This document shows positions 1 through 10,700 of a DNA stretch of 55,341 bases, one piece after another (the stretch's first letter is position 1; every line of letters starts with the position of its first letter). The DNA lies in IMG/VR virus record IMGVR_UViG_3300033146_002149, positions 1 to 55,341 of that record; one strand, written 5' to 3'. The position numbers and the translations under genes are program-made. This DNA is from a virus (taxonomy: Duplodnaviria > Caudoviricetes). The notes under the pieces are model-generated. The model had not been told where the DNA came from, ran no database searches, and saw only the letters and a list, made by a program, of their open reading frames with translations.

Positions 1-2250
1 AGAAAACACTGCAACATCAATATCCCATTTTGCTCCAAGCTTAGAAGTTACTGCTTTTCGTTCATCACTCGTCAATGTATCAGAGAAAGCGTATATCTCT
101 CCAATTTCACCGGAAAAATCTGCACCTGTTGCATCACTGGCTCCGATCAATAGATCTGCTGTCCCTGCTGGTATTGCAGCAACAGTATAACTTGAAGTCC
201 CCAACAGAAAACCATTTTTATATGCTTTTGCCCCTTCACCCGGCACCCATTCGATTTGCAGCACTTGCCATTCACCATAATTAGATGAGTAATTTATTAC
301 TGCTTCATTTCCTGCGGCAGATAGTTCGCTATAAATAGTAAGATTGCTCGTGTACATCCTCCATTCTCTTTGTGGGGTTGCATCATAATATTTCGACATA
401 ATAGCATCGTTGGTGTTAGCAGCTTTCACAACAGCAACAATCGTCATCCCACGACCTGCCGTATTATTATGTATATCGTTATCTCCGAAACTCAAAGGAG
501 TATTTGATGTGTCCCATAAAGCTGTTTTTAATCCATTCTGAGTAGTGTCATTATAAGCAACGCCTGTAACTGCTGATGGAACGCCATTCCATAAATTAAC
601 GCTGTCCACAACATTCGTAATGTGATCATTACTATCTACCGTAACTGAACTTTCATCACTAAAATCAACATGAAAACTTATATTAGCAATACTTTCTATA
701 GCAATATTGAAGCTTGTATTATGCGAGGCAATAATAATCCCTTCATTCCCTACTCTTTCAAAAATAATATAACCGCCAGGATAAATAGCTCTCTCCTGTG
801 TTGAGCCTCCCCAAATTGCTCCATTAGGATCAAGGATCAAATTATGAGTCGATCCTGTATTGACAAAAGTTTTGGTTGCTCCACTCGGTATCCCTGCAAA
901 ATATGTAGGATTTAATGTTGCTGTTATATCTGTTGTTGCAGAATTGGCACTTAATATCCCAAATTCCCAACTTTCAGTCTCATCGTAATCAGCAGTTATA
1001 TTAATTAATTTCTTAATTATATTCCCGCTCATTTGAAGATCACCTTCACTAGGACTATTGACATACGAGTATTCCCCATCGCCAATAATCCCATCTTCTG
1101 CCACAATATCGTCAAAATGAGAGTAAAGAATATCGCCAGCAGCAATATTCCCGATGTAATTTTTATCAAAGCCAGTGATAGAAATTCTATTACTGGTTGA
1201 GTGGATATGCCCGCCAGTGCCCGCAGCTAAATGGTAAGGCTGTCCATAAGAACCTGCTGCTCCACTTAGAGTTTTCATAGATATTTTGTTGCCCATTGAC
1301 TCAAATTCACCAACAGAATCCATATGGACAAAGTCCAAATGCCCTTCAAAACTCGCTGTTGGTGCATCAATAGTGCAATCAAAATCTCGAATTATGCTCA
1401 AGGCAGTTGATTCGTAATTAATAAAATGTACATGATCAGTTGCTGCAATTGCAGCAAATTGGATATCCCCGAAGCCTTGCAAAATATTAAACACAACAGA
1501 ACCAGCAGCGGAAATAAAACTGCTCACACCTCCTGAAGTGCCTGTAGCATCTAAATCAAATTTACAATTCATAAAAACATGAGATCCAGATTGCAAATCA
1601 ATGATTTTTTCAGTATATCCGTTAGATAAATTATAATCAAATACTGAGTCCAAGAAAGAAACCATCATACCTTGGCTACTCACTAACTTTGCTATATTCA
1701 CACCTGATACTGTGGATTTCAGCTTGAGATTCCGAATAAAAACCATAGTCATCATAGTTGACGGGACAGTCAAGACATTGCCCACGTTTGCTTCTATAAT
1801 GACACTTCCCATATTACCACGCCCTTCAAGATTTGTTGTGGCTCCAGCTTTAACTGTTATATTTTCTGTGTAAGTTCCTGGATAAATAATGATTGCATCA
1901 CCACTATTGGAAGCATTAATGGCTGCCTGAATGGTGTCATAATCACCGCCTGTTTTTGCAACTATAATTGTATTTGCCTTAGCATTCCCCGCTGCTGCTT
2001 CTGCCCATTTTACCCCACCTGCTTGTGTCGAATCAGCAGTCAAAACATAATCATCCGCTCCAACAGGTAATTTTCCCGGCGTATCTGCCGCAGTGGCAAT
2101 TAAAAGGTCTCCCTTGGCATCATATAACTCGTTTTTGTGCAATCCTTCAGTGGTGTGTTCTACCAGCATCAATCTGTTAAGTGTATCTGGTTTTGTCCCA
2201 TGACCGGCACCGACCATTTCTTCTGTATATTGTATCCTTTGATCAGCCAT
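1..2250 (-). CDS. Tail spike / receptor-binding protein (beta-helix plus LamG-like domain), 3' end runs off the window
   Basis: Not in the ORF track. ATG at 2250 abuts the stop of 2251-2592. My translation: MADQRIQYTEEMVGAG...VAKTGGDYDTIQAAINASNSGDAIIIYPGTYTENITV (pectin-lyase-like beta-helix start motif). The same frame at the window edge reads ...EWQVLQIEW...AYKNG...LLIGA...FSGEIGEIYAFS...KWDIDVAVFS (LamG/ConA-like). Confidence 0.8.
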   Translation of the reverse strand, partial: MADQRIQYTEEMVGAGHGTKPDTLNRLMLVEHTTEGLHKNELYDAKGDLLIATAADTPGKLPVGADDYVLTADSTQAGGVKWAEAAAGNAKANTIIVAKTGGDYDTIQAAINASNSGDAIIIYPGTYTENITVKAGATTNLEGRGNMGSVIIEANVGNVLTVPSTMMTMVFIRNLKLKSTVSGVNIAKLVSSQGMMVSFLDSVFDYNLSNGYTEKIIDLQSGSHVFMNCKFDLDATGTSGGVSSFISAAGSVVFNILQGFGDIQFAAIAATDHVHFINYESTALSIIRDFDCTIDAPTASFEGHLDFVHMDSVGEFESMGNKISMKTLSGAAGSYGQPYHLAAGTGGHIHSTSNRISITGFDKNYIGNIAAGDILYSHFDDIVAEDGIIGDGEYSYVNSPSEGDLQMSGNIIKKLINITADYDETESWEFGILSANSATTDITATLNPTYFAGIPSGATKTFVNTGSTHNLILDPNGAIWGGSTQERAIYPGGYIIFERVGNEGIIIASHNTSFNIAIESIANISFHVDFSDESSVTVDSNDHITNVVDSVNLWNGVPSAVTGVAYNDTTQNGLKTALWDTSNTPLSFGDNDIHNNTAGRGMTIVAVVKAANTNDAIMSKYYDATPQREWRMYTSNLTIYSELSAAGNEAVINYSSNYGEWQVLQIEWVPGEGAKAYKNGFLLGTSSYTVAAIPAGTADLLIGASDATGADFSGEIGEIYAFSDTLTSDERKAVTSKLGAKWDIDVAVFS

Positions 2251-2592
2251 TTATACTACCACCTTTGCATCTGCTTTAATAGTGATGCTAATTTGTGCCC
2301 ACACAATACCATTGATATTACTCGCATCGTATACAATCAACTCTGCTTTTTTATCAGTTAAAACAACTCCCATATCTATCATGCCAGCAGTTATCATGAC
2401 TTTAGCTGTACTTTTGTAGGTTGTCCAGTCAAACAGCCCTGCATAATCTGCACTACTATAATAAGTTCCATTAAACAAGATTTCTATTTTCGTGATAGCA
2501 TCCATTTCAAGCTCAGTTAAAAGCTCCCCGCCTTTGAGGAGCTGAATGAAAGACGGATTGTCACGATCTTTCCAAATCGTTATGCTTGCCAT
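2251..2592 (-). CDS. Hypothetical virion/tail protein
   Basis: 113 aa, tightly packed in the tail operon, with a Shine-Dalgarno-like GGAGGATAAGGA upstream. Confidence 0.55.
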   Translation of the reverse strand: MASITIWKDRDNPSFIQLLKGGELLTELEMDAITKIEILFNGTYYSSADYAGLFDWTTYKSTAKVMITAGMIDMGVVLTDKKAELIVYDASNINGIVWAQISITIKADAKVVV

Positions 2593-2607
2593 TCCTTATC
2601 CTCCATA

Positions 2608-3432
2608 TTAATCTAATGCTGCATCATAGGCACCAATAGCAATTTCTATTGTATCCCCATCCCCTGGCTCTTGATCAACTACATTTGCATTGTCATAAGC
2701 AAGGATATTGCCTGCTGTCAGATGATCCATAGTCACGAGAGCTACAACTATCCCCCAAGATCCAGATGGAGTGTCAAAAGTAATCGCTGTGTTGTTTGCA
2801 ATTGTAGCAGAATCCGCAACGTCAAAACTTGTCGCAGGCACAGGTTCCCGTGCATAACCATTTCCTGAAGACTCGGTAAAGTCCCCAGTAACAGCATCCT
2901 GATCATCAAGTATTGTCGTACTCATGGCAATGTGGAGAGATGTCGATGGTGTGGGGTAAGCAGTTGCTTTAAACATCAATTCAAGCAATTTATGAACAAG
3001 GTAATCTGAAAAACCAGCCCCTGAAGCAGTAGCAACAATCTCAACTTCAACTTCAGATATAGGAACTTTTGGAGTGTTCCCGGTCACTGGGGCAAAAGAA
3101 CTTATAAAACTTCCAAACGCCAACATGTTTCCTGATCCATGTGTTGCAGAATCACATATGCTGTAATGTGTAATCGTTCCCCACACTCCAGATGCCTGAT
3201 CAAAATCAACCTGTGCAGATTGAATTATTTTTCGGGATGCTGCTGTACCGAACGTAATGGCCTTCCTGGCATAACCGTTTGCGTCTGCTACTTCAGACAT
3301 GCTTGCACCTGTTCCGGCAATTGTTGGATCTCCAGTACAAAGACAAAGATAAATAGTGCTTCCAGTTCCGTAAGCTGATTTAAAAATGTGGTCAAGAAGT
3401 TCGTTTTTTGCGAATGTTGATAATTTACCCAT
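2608..3432 (-). CDS. Tail-fibre-associated structural protein made of two tandem copies of one ~135-aa domain
   Basis: Both halves contain LL(D/E)xxFK...NGYARxxxxF...F(D)xxSGxWG...GN(M/I)LA, a motif common in phage tail proteins. Confidence 0.7.
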   Translation of the reverse strand: MGKLSTFAKNELLDHIFKSAYGTGSTIYLCLCTGDPTIAGTGASMSEVADANGYARKAITFGTAASRKIIQSAQVDFDQASGVWGTITHYSICDSATHGSGNMLAFGSFISSFAPVTGNTPKVPISEVEVEIVATASGAGFSDYLVHKLLELMFKATAYPTPSTSLHIAMSTTILDDQDAVTGDFTESSGNGYAREPVPATSFDVADSATIANNTAITFDTPSGSWGIVVALVTMDHLTAGNILAYDNANVVDQEPGDGDTIEIAIGAYDAALD

Positions 3433-3449
3433 GGTGTTTAGTTCCTATT

Positions 3450-4742
3450 TTATATGGTGCATGAAGGTATTAAGATGCTATATGCCTGGTTGCTTGTAAT
3501 TAAAGTTGAGGCTGAAGCACTTGTTGTTATTGAATAATCATTAGCAGTAACATAACAGGTAGGACAAACTACAATCCCAAGCGAACTAAGTAGTAATAAA
3601 ACATCTATTGTATTTGTCTCATTAGTGAGATTGTTCAATAATACCCGTAAAACAAGTTGATTAATATTTGATGTAATTATATCGTTACTGTTGTCAATTC
3701 TAAAAGCTCTAGTACTTTGCCTATCAATATCTGATGTAAGAGTGCTGTTGTCAATGCTTGCCAGAAATGATAATAAGGCAAAATTCGTTGAAGTTGCAGT
3801 TGCCGTATTGGTGGTATTATCAATATTAATAAATAATAATCTATTAATTAACTTATTAATATCAGGAGTATTGGATTCATTGGAATGATTTAAAAGAAAT
3901 GAGATTATCCCAGCGATATCAATAGAAATAGTTGCTGTATTTGTATCGTTTGATAGGTTAATTAAAATCGCTCTAGCAAATATTGCAGAAATCTCAGATG
4001 CTTCTGTACTGTTTGAAATATTGATCAAAAATGCTTTAACAAGATCATAACTTATGGTAGTAATGTTTGTATTGTCAGTAAGATTGATTTGCAAAGCTCG
4101 TGCAATCAGACTTGCTAAATCAGATGTACTTGTTAAATTAGTTGAATTGTTAAAAAATGCTCTAGTAAGCAACTTGCCAATATCTGTTGTTTCTGTTGTG
4201 TTTACATGATTGAGGGCAAGAGATATAATACCTAGAATGATAGGGTTTATTTCTGATGCTTCTGTTGTATTTTCAATGTCAACAAATAAATCTCTAATTA
4301 TTATTGAAGTTATGTCTGAAGTATCTGTATTACTTGCAAGATTAAATAAAAATGATCTAATAAACACATGATCAATAGTAGTTGTGTATGTATCATTAAT
4401 TATATTGCTAGATAATACTCTTGCAATTTTTCCATATAGGCTAGTTGTACTGGTTGTGTTAGCTATATCAACAAACACCCCCCTGGAGATTAAAATATCA
4501 ATAGCTAAGGCATCTGTATTATTTGCAATATTTACCGTTAATGCTTTTTTAATCAATTTGTCTATATTGGAAGCATCTGTAACATTATTCAGATTCACCA
4601 ACAAAGATCGATCTATAAACATATCTATATCAGCAGTATCTGTACCATTCACAGGAGCAACAATAAACGATCGGATACATAATCCAGCATAACAACTGCC
4701 GTCTGCTAATTCACTACCGTCTGCTATTACTGGACAAGGCAT
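3450..4742 (-). CDS. Repeat-rich tail fibre/shaft protein
   Basis: 430 aa of ~27-aa I/N/T-rich repeats (RxLxINxxNxTxTxxI) with Cys clusters at both termini. Confidence 0.6.
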   Translation of the reverse strand: MPCPVIADGSELADGSCYAGLCIRSFIVAPVNGTDTADIDMFIDRSLLVNLNNVTDASNIDKLIKKALTVNIANNTDALAIDILISRGVFVDIANTTSTTSLYGKIARVLSSNIINDTYTTTIDHVFIRSFLFNLASNTDTSDITSIIIRDLFVDIENTTEASEINPIILGIISLALNHVNTTETTDIGKLLTRAFFNNSTNLTSTSDLASLIARALQINLTDNTNITTISYDLVKAFLINISNSTEASEISAIFARAILINLSNDTNTATISIDIAGIISFLLNHSNESNTPDINKLINRLLFINIDNTTNTATATSTNFALLSFLASIDNSTLTSDIDRQSTRAFRIDNSNDIITSNINQLVLRVLLNNLTNETNTIDVLLLLSSLGIVVCPTCYVTANDYSITTSASASTLITSNQAYSILIPSCTI

Positions 4743-4750
4743 TATCCCAC

Positions 4751-7700
4751 CTATTTTATTACATTGAATTGCTTATAAAGATCTTCACGCTGGGCATTTA
4801 ATTTACCAAGTTCAGTCAAGACTGCCGTGGATTGCTGTGGCAACTCTTTAAGTTTGTTTTCTTTCGATTTATTTTTACGTAAGGCACTTTGATAGGCTTC
4901 ATAAGTTTTCATCCCTTTAAAAGCTTCTTTATTCATATTAAGGAAGAGCCGCTTATTAGTTGCTTCCTCAAAAGACTTTTTGAACTTCTTTACTTCTTTC
5001 CCTGCCTTGTTAAAATCTTGCTCAGGAATACTCTTCTTAAACTCAACTCCTTTGCCCATATGCCAGTAATAAAGTTTACCAATTCCAGGAATAGAATCTA
5101 CAGACCGGATGCCTTTTGAAACATCTCCAGTAACATCTTTCGATAGGGCATCTACAAACTTTGTCGGAGGTAAAATTTGGCCTATGATTGCCGATCCTAG
5201 ACCTTCCTGATTTATCTCTGCTTTCATATATCTGGAGGCTCCACCAAGGGTAAGAAGGTTTTCAATTACGTGATCTTCAAACCTCATTTCCTTGCCTAAC
5301 ATTAAGTCTTTTATTTCATCCGCCCCAGCATTAGCAAGTGTTAATAAGGTAGTTATGGCAACCATATTACTTATGCCTGTTATTATCTTATCTTGCTCAC
5401 CACTTTTAATGTTGTTAAACACCTCTCGGCGAAAAACATCAAGCTGTTTTATTGTGTAAGTCTTTAGCATATAAAAAATTCTGCCATTGCCTGCATTAAG
5501 ATATTTTTCAGGCATTTCAGAAAGTGCTACTGGCTGAAAGTCCAACAATCTATGGTAGACCAAAAGTTTTACGTTGTCCGTAATTGGGTTTCCAAGTAAA
5601 TCTTGTATGACTTGATTAGATTCTTTCCCAAAAATCGGTCTGATATCCTTAAGTAGTTGCTGCCTACCAGCCTCTGTACTTGCCCTATTTTTATAGTTAT
5701 CTAAAGAATTGTTTATCAACACCTCTTTACCGATGGAGTCCATCTTCTCAAGACCAACTGCCCAGAACACTTTAGATACCGCTTTGCTTAACGAATCATT
5801 TCCTGCAAACTCTTGTGCAATTCTATCCAGGCCTAAGTTTTCTTTAGTAATATTTGACCTTTTCAATACCGCAGCATTGAAGTTTTTTAAGGTGTTGCTA
5901 AATCCCCTGGGTGTCCAAACCTTTCCAACATACATTGCCCAGGCAAGATCACCAATCTGAGTAGCGGCCGACGTAAAGCTGCCCATGGTATCTATGTAGG
6001 AAGCATTCTTAATTGTATTTGTAATACCTGTTGTGCCGTGCTCGTGGAATCTGGCGTCCAGAATATCATTTACTAGCTTCTCATCTTTTTTCCCTAACTC
6101 ACCGGAGATCATCAAATCTGAAATATACGTCCCAATGTTGTCAGTATAATCTCGTTTGTTCTTATACTCTTCGATCTTCACCGAATTGAGTTTTATATTA
6201 TCTTGGAGGGATTTAATCTTTTTGCTATAAGCATCTTTATTTGTTGTATCTGCTTCGGCAGTATCCAGTGCTTTGAGTTGTTCGTACTTAATTAGGTTTG
6301 TTTGATCTCGTTTAACTGCTGACTTTGCTTTACTTATCGCTGCTGGAACCTTACCAAAGAAGCGTCTTGCCTCAATTTTTTTAGTCATACTATATATGTA
6401 TGTCATCAATGCAGCGTCAGAATCTTCATAGAATTTTGCATACTTTGATTCAATCTCTTTAAATACTCTGCCTTGAATATTGCCCGGCCCAGATATTCCA
6501 GTAGGATGACCTAAGATTATGTTGCTAATAATATCAGCACGGACTTCAGGATAGGTACGATTAAACTCTTGGACACTTATATCAAGTTTAGCTGCTTCAG
6601 CTTTTATGGCATTACTATATATTGGTTGCTGTGAAATCTCTTGGGTTTCCTGAAGAAAGCCTTCCATATCTTTGATTACACGAGGCCAATATTCATCAAT
6701 ATAGCCTACATTGTAGCCAACATCTTCAGCATCTTGCCTGAGCTTATTAAGCTGTGTTCTTACGTTATTATAGTCTTCAGTCAATCCATACTTCTGAGTC
6801 AACTGATCAATTTTACCTGGATCACTTTGTTTTCTCGCCCAATCCCATTCGACTTTATCCTTGGCGGACATTTGTTTCTTTGCTTTAAGCATAAGCGGAT
6901 GAGCTGCTTCTAAGACGGATGCTACAGATTGGCCAGTCCGGAAATCGAGGTTTCGATATTCAGCAGCAAGCTTTGGACTTATGTTTTGTAATCGAGTATG
7001 GGTAGAACCCAACAGTTTGTCCCCAAGCAGCTTTATGTCAGTGGCCTTCATTCGGAAGATTTGCTGGATGTCTTTAAGTAAATTGTTTTTTTGGGTAAAA
7101 ACTTTGTCATATGTTTCTTGAGGGACTATTTGCTCCCTGGTTTCAAACATCGGCATGCCTTCACGCATTGCCTTGCTGCGCATCCGATCAGTGATCTCCA
7201 TACTTGGCAACTTCATTCCATCAACTTGAATAAAATCCAACTTAGCACTTCCCCACTGACCTTTACCAAATTCTTTCTGAAGCATCCTTGGAAGCATCTT
7301 ATTATAAAACTCTACCATGCCTTCCTTTCTGGGAAGATATTCACCAGTAGGATTTTCTTGCATGCGTTGCCATAACTTATCTGCTGTTTTATCTAAATAC
7401 TCTTCCCAAGTCTTCTTGGAATATTCACCTTCTTTATGTTTCAACACATCTTTAATATGATCATAGACATCATCACGAGAACTAATAAAATCAACTAAAT
7501 CAAATGTTTTACCTTCTAACTGTGCCGCCATCCCCATAAAGGCATCACCAGCAACTTGTGCAAAACCACTTAATTCTAAATCACCATCAAGATTTGTTTT
7601 CCAATTAAATGCTTCACTTCCCCAGCGTTTGACTTGTATATCCGCACCTGACCAAGCTATTTTGTTAAAACCATTCTCTGCAGCATACCTTACCATTCGC

Positions 7701-10700
7701 TTCATACCCAACATTACAGCATTTTCAGAGAATGGATTTCGCTCAATCCCTTGATCACCATCAGATATTAAAGATAAATCATTTCTAGCTTGTTCTTGTG
7801 TTATTTCGCCAAGAGTAAGAAGCTGATTAATTTTATTTTTTAACATCATATCTGATCGTACTGTAGGCATCCCATTAGGATTTCTTTTTACTGGGATATT
7901 ATAAAAAGAATATAAGTCTTTACTTTCACCTTTCTTTCTTAATTCCTGATCCCAATCACTTTGAACTTCTTCAGCATGAAGTATCTTGGAACCATTTTCA
8001 GCAAATCGGGTTAATATTCTAAAATGAACTACTGGATTAGAAGTGTCACCCCAATGAGCATTGGAAGTATACTTTGTTTTTCCAGGTAGAGTTATAATAA
8101 GTTCTTTGTAATCTTGACCACCGGCTTCTTTGTAAGCATAAAATTTAGTGCCTGTTTCCTCAGAAAAGAAATCACTCCGAATTGTTAAAGCATCTATCTC
8201 ATCCTCAACTTCTAATTGCCTTTGCTGCATTAAAGGAGAAAGATTTTCTTCTTGATCAAGATAGGCTTGTTCCGAATAAAGAGCTTCTAATTCTTGTTCA
8301 ATATAAGAAAAGTCATCTAACACAACCTCTTCAAGCTTCACCTGATGTTCATTAAACCAAGTTGTTATTTCATCCTTAGTTAATTTCTTCTGTGGATTTT
8401 CTAACAACATTGCAGACAACCCAGTCCAATCAAGTTCATCCTTTTTAATTCCTGGAGCTTTTTTAATATTATTTAACCACGCTCCAGCTTTAGCAGACTT
8501 CATATTGCTAGCATCAATGGTCTTGGCAATAGTGGAATACCATTTTTCAGCAGTAACTTCTGTTTGAGGCTTAATCGTTTGAACTGACTTACCGTTTACT
8601 TGCCTTTCGTATATTTTGCCACTTTCAACTTCACTAATCAAGCCTGATATGGATTGCCTACCAAGCCCAAGCATTTTATTGAAAAATTCCATTATCTTCT
8701 GGATAATTTTCTCAAAAGTTGTGCCTGCATAAGCATCTTTGTTAACCATTATCTGAGCGAACATATTAGCTCGATTTTCTTCCATGGCTTTTATAGGATC
8801 AGTATGAGTACTTAAAGCAAAATCTAACTGGCCTGCCTTATTAAGTTTATTAAACTCCTTATTCAACGCGGCATTATCAGCTTTAGTAATCATTCCAAGA
8901 TTGTCAAGAACATGCTTGTTTTCATGCCACAGAGTTCTATTATCAGCAAAATTCTCGTCGAGTAAAATATCGCTGCCTAGCGTAACACCGAGGATCTTAC
9001 CATTTTTTGACATTTGCCCAGTGGAGATTGCATACTGAATAAAGCCTTCCCCTGCGTCTTGGATACTCTGGAACGTGATGCCTTTACCATTTTTGAGTTT
9101 TACAGATATCAGGCCATCCTCATTTTGAAAGACTTCCTGATCTTTGTACATGTTCTTAATATCAAGGAGGCTTATTCCTTTTGAAGGTGTCTTGTCATTT
9201 CGGATTTCTGCCTGCATTATATGCAGTTTTTCTTGATTACGTTCCAACAATGCTACTTGATCAAGAACTTTTTGATCCCATAAAACGTAATTCAAATTAC
9301 CTTTACCCTCACTACGACTCATTCCATCTAAATACTTATTGCCTGGAATACCTAATGAAGCTAAATATTCTGAAGCAGCTTGCTTACTTCCAAGAACATA
9401 TCTTAATTCTTTGTAAAGTGCCCTGCCAGTAATACTTTCTTCCTTAATATGTTTAAGTTCTATCGGAGCAACTTTATCTTTATGCAGAAGTAAAAAATCA
9501 GTTACTTGCTTTAAAATATTTTTTACATTAGAATTTTGTTGCTTTAACGATTTGTCCCAATCCAAAAGTTTTGGTATAACAGAATCTGGAATGTCGAGCT
9601 TATATAATGAGCCTGATTGAGAAGGATATTTATTAAGTTTGTCAGTTAATTGTTTATGTAAAGATTCTTTACCTTTTAAAGAATTTCCAGAGATATCAGA
9701 AATATCTGCTAGTTGATTAACCAAATAATCAAAAGAAGAATCTAAATAAGATGCTCCTACTTCCTTACTGTCAGCACTATACCATCCAGCACCATAAGCC
9801 CAAGCACCTTCACCAACAACCTCTTTATTCATGATCATATCAAGGCGAGGCCGTCCATTTGGAAACCCAGGCTCTGGTTGCCATTGATGAGGAGTACCAT
9901 GATAAACTATTTGAAACTGCGGCGTAAAAGATTCAATTGCATTTTTATTAAAAACTCTAATAACATTAGCACCATCTTCAACTTGCCAATTAGCTTCAAA
10001 ACCTAAATCTTTCAAAGCCCAGAAAACTTGTGGATCTTCATAAAAGTTAAAGCTGCCTTCTTGCGCATTACTAACTTGCCCATCTTTACCGTTCAACTTA
10101 TTTATGTGAGCAGTCTTTTCAGCAATCTTATCTAATGCTTCAGCATGTTCAGGTTTTCTTGCATCGAATATTTTTTCTGGTGGAATGCTTAAAGTTGCTT
10201 CATGGACTGTACCAAACTTACTTGCTACAGTAGGATCTTCAGTTAGAAAATAACCTCGGTGACCATCAGGAAGATCCTTTCCTGACGTAAGCCCTTCTCT
10301 GCTTGATCCATGATAAAGTTTCCCAATAGCTTTTGTAGGAGCTAAATTACTAGCCTGCATTGAATCAATTAACTGCTTTTTAAGACGAGCAAGAAGTCTT
10401 TTTTGTGGTGCAGGTAATTTTTCTTTTGCTTCAAGGCTTTCAATTTCCCATTGAAGTTTCTTCTGGGCTGATGTTAGTTCTTCAGTAATTTGAAAAGAAA
10501 CTGGATCAATATTAGGTAATTCTTTTATTGCCTGCTGTTGACGATCAGTAATTTGCCCAAAAGCATAAATATCTGATGGATATGAATAACGCATCTCAGG
10601 ATCAATTTTTTTACTTGCTTCTGGCCCAACATCATGAACATTTCTAGCCAGAAGAACTGATCCAGGAGCTAATAATTTTGCTTGCTTATCAAATTTAACC

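Noticed and set aside
1-4742. Diversity-generating retroelement targeting tail genes
   Set aside because: No reverse transcriptase and no adenine-specific TR/VR repeat pair seen.
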